A stretch of DNA of 64,000 nucleotides from Planctomycetota bacterium (lineage in GTDB: Bacteria; Planctomycetota; UBA8108; SXIK01): positions 5,248,001 to 5,312,000 of the forward strand of contig OZ244999.1 of NCBI GenBank assembly GCA_965223265.1. The letters run 5' to 3'. Below are positions 39,337-49,461 of this stretch, in pieces. Below the pieces are notes generated by a model. That model was not told the origin of the DNA, did not search any database, and was given only the letters and a program-made list of their open reading frames with translations. Position 1 is the stretch's first letter. Each line of letters begins with the position of its first letter. The translations under genes and the position numbers were made by a program.

Positions 39337-39787
39337 AAGCGATGGAGCCTCCTCGGTTAAGAGCCCGTTCAGCACATGAGCGCGTGGCGACTTTGTCACC
39401 GGTCACGAGATCTGGGGGGCTCAGCAAACGCGGTGCCACGCAGCCGGCGGCAACCCGACGATGGCGATCCCGGTGGTGTCGAGGAATTTTCACCGACCTC
39501 CCGTTCCTGAACGGTTCGTCAACGGGTGCGCCTTGCGTCTGTCGGGCCCGGAGTTGCGTGCGGTAGCGAGCCGGCGGACGAGTGCCGGAAATTTTCAGCG
39601 CCGTGATGAATAATTCGCCCTCGCGACCGCAGACGGCGGCGATGACGTGCCATCGAAGCAGGGCGCAAAAGCGGCCGCCGGACCCGCCTCGAAGGCACAC
39701 TCTGAGTGGGCGAGGCGACGCAGCGATAATCGCCGGTCAGGGCAGGAAAAGCGGCGGGAGGATTGTGTCGCGAATCGCTCCGCAGCG

Positions 39788-40633
39788 TCAGCCGACCAAC
39801 GATTTCAGGAATCTCAGATCAACCGCGGATTGTTCGAGAAGCTGAGGCGTTTCGAGGCGGCGAAAACTCGAGCTTCCCTTGTACTCGCTGTGGAGGGAAA
39901 CAACGCCGTCGTACTTGAGCTCGCGCAAACGCCCCATGAACCGCGGCAGGTTGGCTTGTCCGTCGGCGAGCGGGACGTAGCGCGTGCGGAACTGCATCCG
40001 GCCGGCGGCGCTTCGCTGCAGCTCTTCCCAGCGAAAGTTTTTGATACCTACAAGTGCGACCCAAGGCGCGACGAGATCCAGCCCGATCTCCCAGCCAGAA
40101 AGCCCACCTTCGACCGTCATGTGCATGGGATCGACGTACGCGCCGACCTCGTCAGGCGAAAAATCCTTGAGTAGCAAATAGAGGACCGCCCCACCGTTCG
40201 CCAGGATGTCGCCCGAGTGGACGTGCACGCACGGCAGCACATGGTAACGACGCGCCAGCTTGACCACGTTCTGCAGCTGCTTGCGCGCTGCGTCAAGTTG
40301 TGCCTCGATCGTTCCGAACGGCCGGTAGCGCCAGTATCCCAGCTTTATTTTGCGCACACCGTAATGGCTGCACGCAGCGATCACCTCTTCCGCATGCGGA
40401 CTCTCGGTGTCCGTGATGGCGGTTGAAGCCATGGGAATCGACATCTTGTGGCGTTCAGCGACCACGCGGGCGTTCGAGAGTCCGACTTCGGCGTTCTCGG
40501 GTAGCACGTGACCGCCTGGCCGAAGGGTCAGGTCGAGTCCTTCGAAGCCGGCCTTCTTGGCTTCCACGCAAACTCGATCGATGCTGAGATCTGCGAGGTT
40601 GTCGGTGAACAATATGTATTGCATGTCAGTCAC
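39788..40633 (-). CDS. Sugar phosphate isomerase/epimerase (xylose isomerase-like TIM barrel)
   Basis: GFEGLDLTLRPGGHV, HVHSG, DPMH and SLHSEY motifs. Confidence 0.88.
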   Translation of the reverse strand: MTDMQYILFTDNLADLSIDRVCVEAKKAGFEGLDLTLRPGGHVLPENAEVGLSNARVVAERHKMSIPMASTAITDTESPHAEEVIAACSHYGVRKIKLGYWRYRPFGTIEAQLDAARKQLQNVVKLARRYHVLPCVHVHSGDILANGGAVLYLLLKDFSPDEVGAYVDPMHMTVEGGLSGWEIGLDLVAPWVALVGIKNFRWEELQRSAAGRMQFRTRYVPLADGQANLPRFMGRLRELKYDGVVSLHSEYKGSSSFRRLETPQLLEQSAVDLRFLKSLVG

Positions 40634-40653
40634 GATCTAGCCAAAAACCAACG

Positions 40654-40896
40654 CTACTCTTTCCCGCGGTCGTCTCCTACGTTCAATTCACGAAAAAGCC
40701 ATGCACGCGCCACCTGCCACTCTCGCTTCACGGTGGCCGGGGAAATCTCGAGAACCTCCTCGACCGACAGGCGCCCGAAGAAACGCAGCTCGACGACACG
40801 GCTCTTGCGCTGATCGATCTGCTCAAGACTCTGGAGTGCCTCGTCGAGCGCCGCGAGGCGTTCGTTCGGTAGGAGAGGCCCCTCTCCGAGCTCCAA
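40654..40896 (-). pseudogene. C-terminal remnant of an ECF sigma factor (TIGR02999-like)
   Basis: ALDEAL..L...[17 protein letters not shown]...[15 protein letters not shown] is region 4 only. Region 2 is absent, about 3 residues of the HTH are missing, and a repeat-element arm lies immediately upstream. Confidence 0.8.
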
Positions 40897-40912
40897 TACT
40901 CGATCATCCCTA

Positions 40913-40991
40913 AGATTGCCTGCGTTTGCCGCGGCCGATCTGGACGCGAAGAGACCAGTTTTCGGCTCGAAGCACTTTTTCAGTCAGGCTG
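40913..40991. mobile_element. Single arm of palindromic element A
   Basis: Closely matches the reverse complement of 56581-56658 (gccgcggccgatctggacgcgaag...cagttttcg..tcgaagcact.tttca..caggctg). Confidence 0.8.
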
Positions 40992-42245
40992 TCAATCGCC
41001 GTGCAGGACCCAGGCCCGATTGAACGTCGCGTACTTGATCGATTTCTGTTCGTGCGGCTGCTTCAGCTGGTAGCTGTAACTCACGTGGAAGCGGCCGTCG
41101 CGTCCCTCGACAATCGACGGATAATGGAACAAGCCCTCGCCCGGTTGCCACTTCTCGAGGTGGCGGGTCCATTTCCACGTCTGGCCCTCGTCGTCGGAAA
41201 TGGAAACGGCGAGCGAATGCCGGGACTCTTCGAGATCGTTGTAGACGCAGATCCAGTCGCGGCCGGAAGTGTTGGCCACTTCGAGTCCGGCGCCGGGGTT
41301 GAGCAACACGGGATGGTCGTAGACCGGGCCCCAAGTCTCGCCACGGTCTTTGGACTCGGCGACCATGACGCGTTTGGGCGGCGGACCGTTGTCGCGCATG
41401 TAGGCCACGACGGTCCCGTCCTTCTTCTGCGCAAAGCTCGGCTGCACGTTGCCTGCGCCTACGATAGGGTCACTGGTGCGCCAGCGTTTTCCGCCGTCGT
41501 CGGTAATGGCGACCAGGGAGAAGTCGAAGCGGTCGGAGTACAGACCGAGCAGCATGCGGCCGTCATCGAGAATCTTCGGATGCGCCCGCGCGAACCAGCC
41601 CATACGCCGAATGAGGCGATCGCTGGCGTCTGAGTAAATGCGTTCGGCCCGCGACCTCGCCGCCTTGGACGGATTTGGTCCGAGCATCGCCTCGTACTTC
41701 TGGCGGATCACATCAGCAAAGTTGCCCGGCCTGGGGACCTCCACCTTCTCGTCCACGCCTGCAGCGCGGACCACCTTGTCCGGCTCGAGAAAGAGGTTCT
41801 CCATCAGATTCCATTCGGGTGCTCGATCCGCAATACAGTAGTTCGTCGAGATCTTGTAGTGCATCTGGGCGGTGTCGAAGCCTCGTGCCAACAGCGTAGA
41901 CCACAGGATCCAGAGTCGCGCCTGATGGTCAATGATCATGCATGGGTTGTTGTCCGGAAAACCCGAGGTGTCCGCCATGACGAACGGTTTCGACCATCCC
42001 CCCGTCCCGCCGTGTTTCACCTTGCGCGCACCCACGACCGCTACGTTATGCCCGCGCTCGCCCCGACCGCGGTACCAACAGATGATGATGTCGCCGTTGA
42101 TCGCCTCCACGATGCACGACCCGTGATGGTTGATCCCCGACTCTAACGGAAACAACAACTCCGACTCCATAAACGGCTCTTCCGCCCCTGCCGCGGGCAG
42201 GACCAGGAGCACCAGGACCGCTGTCATCGTCAGTGTGCGATCCAT
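40992..42245 (-). CDS. Secreted sialidase-family (BNR repeat) protein
   Basis: Signal peptide; Asp-boxes TDDGGKRW, SKDRGETW and SDDEGQTW; YMRD and YPS motifs. Confidence 0.88.
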   Translation of the reverse strand: MDRTLTMTAVLVLLVLPAAGAEEPFMESELLFPLESGINHHGSCIVEAINGDIIICWYRGRGERGHNVAVVGARKVKHGGTGGWSKPFVMADTSGFPDNNPCMIIDHQARLWILWSTLLARGFDTAQMHYKISTNYCIADRAPEWNLMENLFLEPDKVVRAAGVDEKVEVPRPGNFADVIRQKYEAMLGPNPSKAARSRAERIYSDASDRLIRRMGWFARAHPKILDDGRMLLGLYSDRFDFSLVAITDDGGKRWRTSDPIVGAGNVQPSFAQKKDGTVVAYMRDNGPPPKRVMVAESKDRGETWGPVYDHPVLLNPGAGLEVANTSGRDWICVYNDLEESRHSLAVSISDDEGQTWKWTRHLEKWQPGEGLFHYPSIVEGRDGRFHVSYSYQLKQPHEQKSIKYATFNRAWVLHGD

Positions 42246-42307
42246 CGTACAGCTTCCCTCTCTTGGGTGTGAGTGATGTTCAGCGGCTTCGGTTAGACCG
42301 TCTGGCT

Positions 42308-44431
42308 CTACTCGGCACTTTGTGGCTCGCGCTCAAACGTCACCGCGTCGGCAATCACGAGTCCCGTGGAATCGCCAGCGTGGATCTCGACGAAGCCGTC
42401 CGCGCCCTCGTCGAAGTCGAATCTGCCGATGGTACGGGATGACGTCGGCTGCACCCGGACCCACTGGTCTCCCCCACCATGGTGCACCCGCACGTTCCAC
42501 TCGCCACCGTCAAGGAAAGGCGTCTCCGGGCGAAAGGAAACACGGTAGTGACCTGCCTGCAGATCGGGAGTGAACCGGGCGTACTCACCGTCCGCGGCCC
42601 GAGCTCCGTTCGTCAGGTAGAACCCGCGGTACCCCCGTCGCTCCGGCGGACACCGGGAGAAACGGTGCCCCACCCAGAAGTAGGAAGTGGCGTGGAAACC
42701 CGGGGCTTGGTCGTCGATCGTGACTTGCGCCGAGGGAAGCTCCGCTGGGACGCGAAGCTCCACGCGGAAGATGCCGGGCGAACCAACGGCCTCCGGGACG
42801 CTCACCGAGACCAGGGCCACTTGCAAGCCCAGCGGGACGGCACTCGCATCTGCCTCGACACGAACGCGCTGCTCGTTTCGATCCCCCTCGCGAGTCACCC
42901 GGAGCCACCCGGCCCTCCCAGCGTAGCGGATCTCAGGCTCGGCCGCTGGAGAGAGTGTTCCCCCTCCAACGTTGCGGAGCCGGACGATTGTCGACTCGGG
43001 CCTCGGTCGAGAAGGACGCGCCACGAATGCCACCGTGTGCGGGATCGAGCCGATAGGTCGCCCGTGAACGTCCAGAGCTCCAACCGGCCGTCGCCGGAAC
43101 GACGGCACGTCCACGGCGGCGAGAATGAGAGCGGGCTCGTCAAGCGGCTCGCCAGAGACCGCGATGTGTTGGGTGAGACGGACTCTGTTCTCGCCGTCGT
43201 CCACAGTGACCGTCACCGGATGCATGCCGGGGCGCGGGAATACGTGGACCAGCTCTCTTCCCCGTGCGAAGCCCCCATCACCGAAAGTCCAGTAGTACTC
43301 GCGCTTCGTACTCGCGCCCCCCGAAGCTCGCGCCGAAAAGCGTGCCCGGCGGCCGGTGCGCACCGGCCGAGCGGGGTTCATGGCAACGCGCAGGTCCCCG
43401 CGTCGCGCCTTGCGATCCTCGAAGAGTTGCCAGAAGACGATCCACGGATCCAGATGTAGCACCTCAGGATGGTTCTGCGCCTGCTCGGACTCGTCATCGA
43501 AATCGATTGGCACAGCAATCGACTCGGGAGCCGTCGTAACCGCAGGCCCGACGCCGCTCCATCGCGGGCGCCCCACCTTGAACTCGAAATGGCTGTGCTC
43601 GTGACTGCCCACGTAAACTCCAGCTGTCGTCGCGTACACCGCACCGGCCTTCAAAGGCGTGTTCTGAGAGACCAGCAACTCGATGAGATGGTGCGACTGC
43701 AGCGCCCACACGTCACCGTTCGGCCAACGGCGGATTCCCCGCCATCGGTTGTTGTTGTGTCCCGTCTCCAAGCTGTTGAAGTACGCCTGGGTATCGAAGC
43801 CGATTGGCGCCGAGAGCTTGCTGCCCTTGGTGTGATTGACATCAAGACCTACATGGCAGGCTCGACCGAGGTAGGGTCCGAGATAGCAGTCGTCGCCGTT
43901 GTAGCAATCCGCGACATTCAGGGAGTCGCGCTCGTCAGCAATCCATGGCTTCACCTCTTCGGGGCAAATGCGCAGCTGGGCGTCCTGCAGAGCAAAGCGG
44001 GCTCGCTTTCGCGGTAGGCACCGGAGATTGCCCTTCCGCGGGTAGCGGATGGGCACATGGTCGAACACGTCCCGGACCGTATCCAGCCACAGTCGCACGC
44101 CGTGAATCATGTAGGGCTCGTAGAAGCACTCCTGGCTGCAGACGTAGCGCGCGAGCGTTATAGATTGGCCGGAGATGCGCACACGAGCGCTGAAGTAATA
44201 GATGATGCCACCCGGCTCGACACGCTCGATGATGCGGGCCTCGGTGTCTTCCAGAACCATCTCGAAGACGTGTCCGTCGCTAAGCCGGAACTTCAGGCGG
44301 TCGCCGAGATCCATCTCCAGCGCAGTGAGGGTGTCTTTCGCGGTAAGCTCTATGGCCTCCTCCGCGCCCAACCGGACTGCAGCCACCAGAAGCCAAGGCG
44401 CGAGAGAGCACGCAAGTCCTGTTCGCCGCAT
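42308..44431 (-). CDS. Secreted multidomain protein: M23-like motif region, PKD domain, C-terminal golvesin/CBM-like domain
   Basis: Signal peptide; HVGLD (HxxxD) and HEHSHFE (HxH); PKD YYWTFGDG...PGMHPVTVTVDDG; C-terminal ARFTPDL..G.Y.V...VIADAV.F. Confidence 0.7.
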   Translation of the reverse strand: MRRTGLACSLAPWLLVAAVRLGAEEAIELTAKDTLTALEMDLGDRLKFRLSDGHVFEMVLEDTEARIIERVEPGGIIYYFSARVRISGQSITLARYVCSQECFYEPYMIHGVRLWLDTVRDVFDHVPIRYPRKGNLRCLPRKRARFALQDAQLRICPEEVKPWIADERDSLNVADCYNGDDCYLGPYLGRACHVGLDVNHTKGSKLSAPIGFDTQAYFNSLETGHNNNRWRGIRRWPNGDVWALQSHHLIELLVSQNTPLKAGAVYATTAGVYVGSHEHSHFEFKVGRPRWSGVGPAVTTAPESIAVPIDFDDESEQAQNHPEVLHLDPWIVFWQLFEDRKARRGDLRVAMNPARPVRTGRRARFSARASGGASTKREYYWTFGDGGFARGRELVHVFPRPGMHPVTVTVDDGENRVRLTQHIAVSGEPLDEPALILAAVDVPSFRRRPVGALDVHGRPIGSIPHTVAFVARPSRPRPESTIVRLRNVGGGTLSPAAEPEIRYAGRAGWLRVTREGDRNEQRVRVEADASAVPLGLQVALVSVSVPEAVGSPGIFRVELRVPAELPSAQVTIDDQAPGFHATSYFWVGHRFSRCPPERRGYRGFYLTNGARAADGEYARFTPDLQAGHYRVSFRPETPFLDGGEWNVRVHHGGGDQWVRVQPTSSRTIGRFDFDEGADGFVEIHAGDSTGLVIADAVTFEREPQSAE

Positions 44432-44611
44432 AAATCCCTCCAGCAGGCCACGGTTCGATCGTGTCGGAGCAGATTGTACACGAAAGGGGGAGTCTTCATC
44501 GAATCAGGGCGGCGCGGAGCGGGTCATTGTTCAGACTCTGCCGCTTCCCCAACTATGAAGCGAGCCGGGCAGGATCGGCGGGATCCTCCAGTCGTTACTG
44601 CACCCATCTGA

Positions 44612-45823
44612 TCAGGGTTTCAGCCGTTCCATCACGCGGGCAAGGCGTTTCCGAACTTCCGGGGCCTGGTTAACCCGCAGCGGATTTTCCTCTTGCGGAT
44701 CGTTCTTCATGTCGTACAAGTCGCCGCTGCGGTAGAGCTTCCAATACTTGTCGCGAACCCACGCCCTGCCGTTCCATTCAGTGAACACCCACTCGCGCGG
44801 GTTGCCTCGTTCACCACGGAGCTGCCCTGCGAAGCTTCGGCCATCGATCACCAGGTCGCTGGGTAACTTCGCGCCGGCAAGGTCCGCCAACGTCGGCAGG
44901 AAATCCGTGAAGTCGATCAGATCGTCATTAGTTTCGTTGGCCGGCACGGTCCTCGGCCAGTTCGCGATCAGCGGAACACGGGTTCCGTTGTCGGTGAGCC
45001 GCGCTTTGCCGCCCCTGATCTTGCGGTCGCCGAGCAGCGACACCTCTGAGGTCGGTGATCCGTTGTCGGCGGTAAACAGAATCAGCGTGCGATCGCGCAG
45101 CTCGAGCCGATCGAGTGCCGCGACGAGCTTGCCGACCATTGCGTCCATGGAGGCCACCATCTCGCCGAACGTCAGGTGTCCGCGCCCTTCGGGCGCTGGC
45201 TCGTTCCGTTTGGGGTAGTGCGTCAGGCACATGGGGTAATAGGCGAGGAACGGTCGATCTCGGTTTTGCTCCATGAATTCAATCAGGAAGTCCGTGTAGA
45301 CATCCGGACCGTACCGATCTTTGACGCCGGCCATCATCTTCTCGTTGCGATAGATCATCGGCTGCCAATAGCGCGGCCCCTCGTGCCACGCCCAGACGGC
45401 ACTCGCCTGGAACCCGAAACGCTGCACTCGCTGCGGATCGTCGGCGATTCTTCCCAACTGCCACTTCCCTGCCAAGGCCGTCCTGTAGCCGACGCGTTGG
45501 AGCACGTGACCGAACGTGGTTGCGTTTTCGGGGATATGCCCCCACTTCATCGTGGTCCTCACCGTATACCGCCCTGTCAGAATCGTGACACGGGACGGAC
45601 TGCACTTGGGCGTGGAGAAGCAGTTGTCGAATCGCAGCCCGCTCTTGGCCAAGGCATCAAGATGCGGTGTGCGATACGAGCGCCCCCCGTAGGCTCCCAG
45701 ACACTCGTAGCCCAGGTCGTCGGCCATGATCAGAAGAACGTTGGCCCGTTCAGCGGCACGCACGACCGCGGTGATCGACAGTCCGACGCAGAGCGGCACA
45801 GCCAGAAGAAGGCGATTGAACAT
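44612..45823 (-). CDS. Secreted sulfatase (formylglycine type)
   Basis: ADDLGY, CSPSR...LTG, GKWQLG, H.P and ADNG motifs. Confidence 0.95.
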   Translation of the reverse strand: MFNRLLLAVPLCVGLSITAVVRAAERANVLLIMADDLGYECLGAYGGRSYRTPHLDALAKSGLRFDNCFSTPKCSPSRVTILTGRYTVRTTMKWGHIPENATTFGHVLQRVGYRTALAGKWQLGRIADDPQRVQRFGFQASAVWAWHEGPRYWQPMIYRNEKMMAGVKDRYGPDVYTDFLIEFMEQNRDRPFLAYYPMCLTHYPKRNEPAPEGRGHLTFGEMVASMDAMVGKLVAALDRLELRDRTLILFTADNGSPTSEVSLLGDRKIRGGKARLTDNGTRVPLIANWPRTVPANETNDDLIDFTDFLPTLADLAGAKLPSDLVIDGRSFAGQLRGERGNPREWVFTEWNGRAWVRDKYWKLYRSGDLYDMKNDPQEENPLRVNQAPEVRKRLARVMERLKP

Positions 45824-45876
45824 TCCAAGAGACTACTATCAGGCTGTGCGAGTGTCGAGTGGGTGCGGCGTAACGT

Positions 45877-45907
45877 TACCTCGAGTTTGGCCATTTCGCG
45901 TCGAGCC
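45877..45907. repeat. Solo terminal repeat of element B
   Basis: tacctcgagtttggccatttcgcgtcgagcc matches 56759-56789. Confidence 0.8.
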
Positions 45908-46020
45908 CGTTCCCGTAAGGGTTCAACAAGACGACGGGTACCTCAAGAGTGGCCTCAAGCCCGGACTCAACGCGGTCCGGAAACGCTCGCGCAACGGTAC
46001 AAACCACCCGCGATGAAAAA

Positions 46021-46109
<89 letters not shown>

Positions 46110-46264
46110 GCACGTATTCTCAACTCGCCATCAAGTCGCGAATCACCAAATGACGTCTTGCGTTTCCTCTTCCACGTCGCCGCTGTGTTGCCGGAGGCGT
46201 TCCCTGCTGTCGACGCCATCACGCCTCGAGCGGTTCGCCATGGCTGCGGCTACAATCAAAACTT

Positions 46265-46354
46265 TGGCGGAGAGGCAGGGATTCGAACCCTGGGAATCCC
46301 AAAGGATTCACTGGTTTTCGAAACCAGCCCGTTCGGCCGCTCCGGCACCTCTCC
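46265..46354 (-). tRNA. tRNA-Ser(CGA)
   Basis: GGAGAGG/CCTCTCC acceptor, anticodon arm CTGGT-TTCGAAA-ACCAG, long variable arm, GGTTCGAATCC, encoded CCA. Confidence 0.97.
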
Positions 46355-46704
46355 GCTCTTGTAACCGGCGTAACTTACAACTTTGCTCCATGCACATCCA
46401 CCCCAGAATGCGCAGGAAATCGTGGCCGGCTTCGAGCCACTCGCTGATTCAGCTCTGCGGGTGCTCCGGAAGTTTGGTGCGGGCGACGCAAGAAAGATCC
46501 AGAGCCTAGCCGAGGCGCAGGACGAGCGTACCGGCGCCCGGCGTGCGCCTCGCCACGCGCGAGCGGAAGGGCGGACGATGCTGCCCCAACGCGGAGTCTA
46601 TAGGACTCCCCATCACTCTTCCTCGCATCCAAGGGTTGCGAGGAAGAGTGGATATTCTTTGAATCTTCTTATTTCCTTCACATTCCCCGCGCGATGATGT
46701 CGGC

Positions 46705-47391
46705 ATGGCTCAAGAAACCGTACTCCTGATCGAAGACGAGCGCGACCTGATCGAAGTCGTCGAGTACAACCTGAAGCGCGAGGGTTTCCAAGTCATCAGC
46801 ACGACAAACGGCGAGAAGGGACTGGACCTCGCCAAGCAGAAGCGACCCGCCGTCGTTCTTCTGGACCTCATGCTTCCGGGCCTCGATGGCATCGAAGTCG
46901 CCAAGCGACTGCGCGCCGACCCCTTGACGCGCGACATCGCCATCATCATGCTCACCGCCAAGAGTGAGGAGAGCGACGTCGTGTTGGGGCTCGGCGTCGG
47001 CGCCGACGACTACGTCACCAAACCGTTTCGCGTCAAAGAGCTGATCGCTCGCATTCGAACCGTACTGCGACGCGGCCGCCTGCAAGACGACCTGCCGACA
47101 GGGGAGCGGATCGAACGCTCGGGCCTGGTGATCGACGGAGCCAAGTATGAAGTCACCCTCGATGGCGCTCCCGTCGCGATGACCTTGACCGAATTCAAGC
47201 TACTGTCGACGCTCGCCAGTGCTCCAGGGCGAGTGTTCCCACGCGACATGCTGCTGCAGAAGATGCAAGGTGACGTCTGGGTGGACGAGCGCAACATCGA
47301 TGTACACATTCGCTCGATCCGAAAGAAGCTCGGCAAAAGAAGTGATTTCATCGTCACCGTTCGCGGTGTAGGCTACAAATTCAAGGAATGA
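46705..47391 (+). CDS. phoB: OmpR/PhoB-family response regulator (PhoB/PhoP-like)
   Basis: IEDE, LLDLMLPG, GADDYVTKPF and winged helix IDVHIRSIRKKL...TVRGVGY; paired with a PhoR-like kinase. Confidence 0.8.
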   Translation: MAQETVLLIEDERDLIEVVEYNLKREGFQVISTTNGEKGLDLAKQKRPAVVLLDLMLPGLDGIEVAKRLRADPLTRDIAIIMLTAKSEESDVVLGLGVGADDYVTKPFRVKELIARIRTVLRRGRLQDDLPTGERIERSGLVIDGAKYEVTLDGAPVAMTLTEFKLLSTLASAPGRVFPRDMLLQKMQGDVWVDERNIDVHIRSIRKKLGKRSDFIVTVRGVGYKFKE

Positions 47392-47557
47392 TCTTCGCGC
47401 CGTCTTCTGCTTGTTGAGTTTGGCCCTCACGTTCGAACACGAACCATCGCATGCGACTGCCTCAAAGTTCGGCTGGCGGCCCGTTCGCTGTGCGGCCCGT
47501 TGACGCCACGATGCTGCAAGCGGGCGTCTCTAAGGCAGTGCGTCGTGACCTCCGCCT

Positions 47558-48889
47558 ATGCGTTTCCATTGGATCTACTATCTGCTCGCGCTGATTCCCA
47601 TCGGGTTAGCCGCCTTCGCCACTGGCTGGATAGGCTTCGCCTGCGGCGCCGTCTTGGCGCTACTGGGTGTGTACGGCATTCTGCGCTCAGTCGGTGTGCA
47701 GCTCACAGCGCTCGAACGAGCGACGAAAGTGATCGCCGCAGACCCGCCGGTCGGCGAGGCATCATCGCAGCTCGGTCGTGAGCGCCTACAGCTGTCCGGT
47801 AATCTCGACGGTGTCGCGTCGTCACTCGGCAAGCGCGTGCGGCGAATTCATGAGGACAAGCGAAGTGTAGAGGCCGTGTTGGCCGCTCTGCCCGAGGGTG
47901 TCGTCGTCCTGTATCCCAACGGCGAGATCACACTCATGAATCGTACGGCGAAAAACCTTCTCGGGTTCGACGCAGATCTCGTAGAAACGTCGAATGCACC
48001 GCTCCTGCGGATCCTTCGCGAACTTGCCGAAAAGGTGACGCAAAACGATGAACCTGCGACCTCGGAATTCAGCCATGAACATCGACGCGTCCACGTCACT
48101 GCGATGCCTCTGGAGGCGTTCCCAGGGATACTCCTCATCATCGACGACGTCACAGAGGTTCGTCAGCTCGAGACGATCCGTCGCGACTTCGTTGCGAACG
48201 TGTCGCACGAACTCAAGACCCCCCTGACGGCGATTCGCGCCTACGTCGAAACGCTCATCGACGGAGGCTTGGATGACACCGTCCACAATCGTCGCTTTTT
48301 GGAGAAGATCGATGCGAATGCGCGACGCCTGTCGCTTCTCCTGACCGACCTATTGACACTGTCACGGATCGAGTCCGGCAAGGCGATCGGCGAGCGAACT
48401 CAGGTCGACGTCTGCCGCACCTTGGCCGACTCCTACCAGCGACTCGCGACACTCGCAGAAGAAAAGCAAATCGAAGTCGAAGTCACGCTCCCCTCCGAAC
48501 CCCTCCATCTTCTCGGAGATGTCGAGGCGCTGCAGCAGATACTCGACAACCTCATCGCCAATGCCATCAAATACACCGAGCCGGAGGGACACGTCACGAT
48601 CGCCGCGGAGCACAAAGCCGATCGGATCATCATCGAGGTAGTCGATACGGGAATCGGCATCCCAGAGGACGACTTGCCGCGCATCTTTGAGCGCTTCTAC
48701 CGCGTCGACAAGGCTCGCTCGCGCGAGCAAGGAGGCACGGGCCTCGGTCTCTCCATCGTGAAACACTACACCCAAGCCCTAGACGGCGAAATCAAAGTCA
48801 CGAGCACTGTCGGCAAAGGGTCGAAGTTTTCGCTCGAGTTTCCCAGCGCCTTGAGATCGAGTCAAAGACCGGAGGTCGCAGCGCGATGA
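47558..48889 (+). CDS. phoR: Sensor histidine kinase (PhoR-like, PAS domain)
   Basis: RRDFVANVSHELKTPL, NAIKY, DTGIGI and FERFYRVDKARSR..GGTGLGL motifs. Confidence 0.82.
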   Translation: MRFHWIYYLLALIPIGLAAFATGWIGFACGAVLALLGVYGILRSVGVQLTALERATKVIAADPPVGEASSQLGRERLQLSGNLDGVASSLGKRVRRIHEDKRSVEAVLAALPEGVVVLYPNGEITLMNRTAKNLLGFDADLVETSNAPLLRILRELAEKVTQNDEPATSEFSHEHRRVHVTAMPLEAFPGILLIIDDVTEVRQLETIRRDFVANVSHELKTPLTAIRAYVETLIDGGLDDTVHNRRFLEKIDANARRLSLLLTDLLTLSRIESGKAIGERTQVDVCRTLADSYQRLATLAEEKQIEVEVTLPSEPLHLLGDVEALQQILDNLIANAIKYTEPEGHVTIAAEHKADRIIIEVVDTGIGIPEDDLPRIFERFYRVDKARSREQGGTGLGLSIVKHYTQALDGEIKVTSTVGKGSKFSLEFPSALRSSQRPEVAAR

Positions 48890-49371
48890 TCCGCCCAGAC
48901 GACCGCCGAGCCGCCTCCGACCAAAGCGCCTACGCGGGAGAGATCAATCGCCGACGATTTCTTCGTCGGACAGCACTGGCGTGTAGCGTGGGCTTCTCAG
49001 GCTGCACGGCCCCACCTCGATCTGTGCGACTCGACGCCACACACGCGCGTGGCTCGAGTCGCGTGCAACTGGAACTCGCGCAACTGCCAGAGCTGAGCCT
49101 CCCCCACGGCGTGGTCAGACTGTTAACCCCGTCGCAAACGTTTTTCTTACGCCGACAAGCAAACGGCGAACTCACCACGGTCTCGGCGGTTTGTCCTCAT
49201 CAGCGCTGTCTCGTCCGGCCCACCAAACGCGGGTTCGCGTGCCCGTGCCACGGTTCCAAGTTCACGGCGCGAGGAGATCGTACGGCCGGTCCGGCTCGCG
49301 AGGGCCTCGAGCGCATCGTCACCACCGAGAGGGAAGGGATCGTGACACTCGACGGAATCGCGGCACGCTGA
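48886..49371 (+). CDS. Tat-exported Rieske [2Fe-2S] protein
   Basis: NRRRFL twin-arginine signal; CPHQRC and CPCHGSKF boxes. Confidence 0.88.
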   Translation: MIRPDDRRAASDQSAYAGEINRRRFLRRTALACSVGFSGCTAPPRSVRLDATHARGSSRVQLELAQLPELSLPHGVVRLLTPSQTFFLRRQANGELTTVSAVCPHQRCLVRPTKRGFACPCHGSKFTARGDRTAGPAREGLERIVTTEREGIVTLDGIAAR

Positions 49372-49461
49372 TGCCAGCGTCGAGCTGAACCCAGGATTTG
49401 AGCTCGCCACGCGCTCAATCATCTATGAGCCTGATCGCAGGCCGCTTCGTACGGTGGGCGT

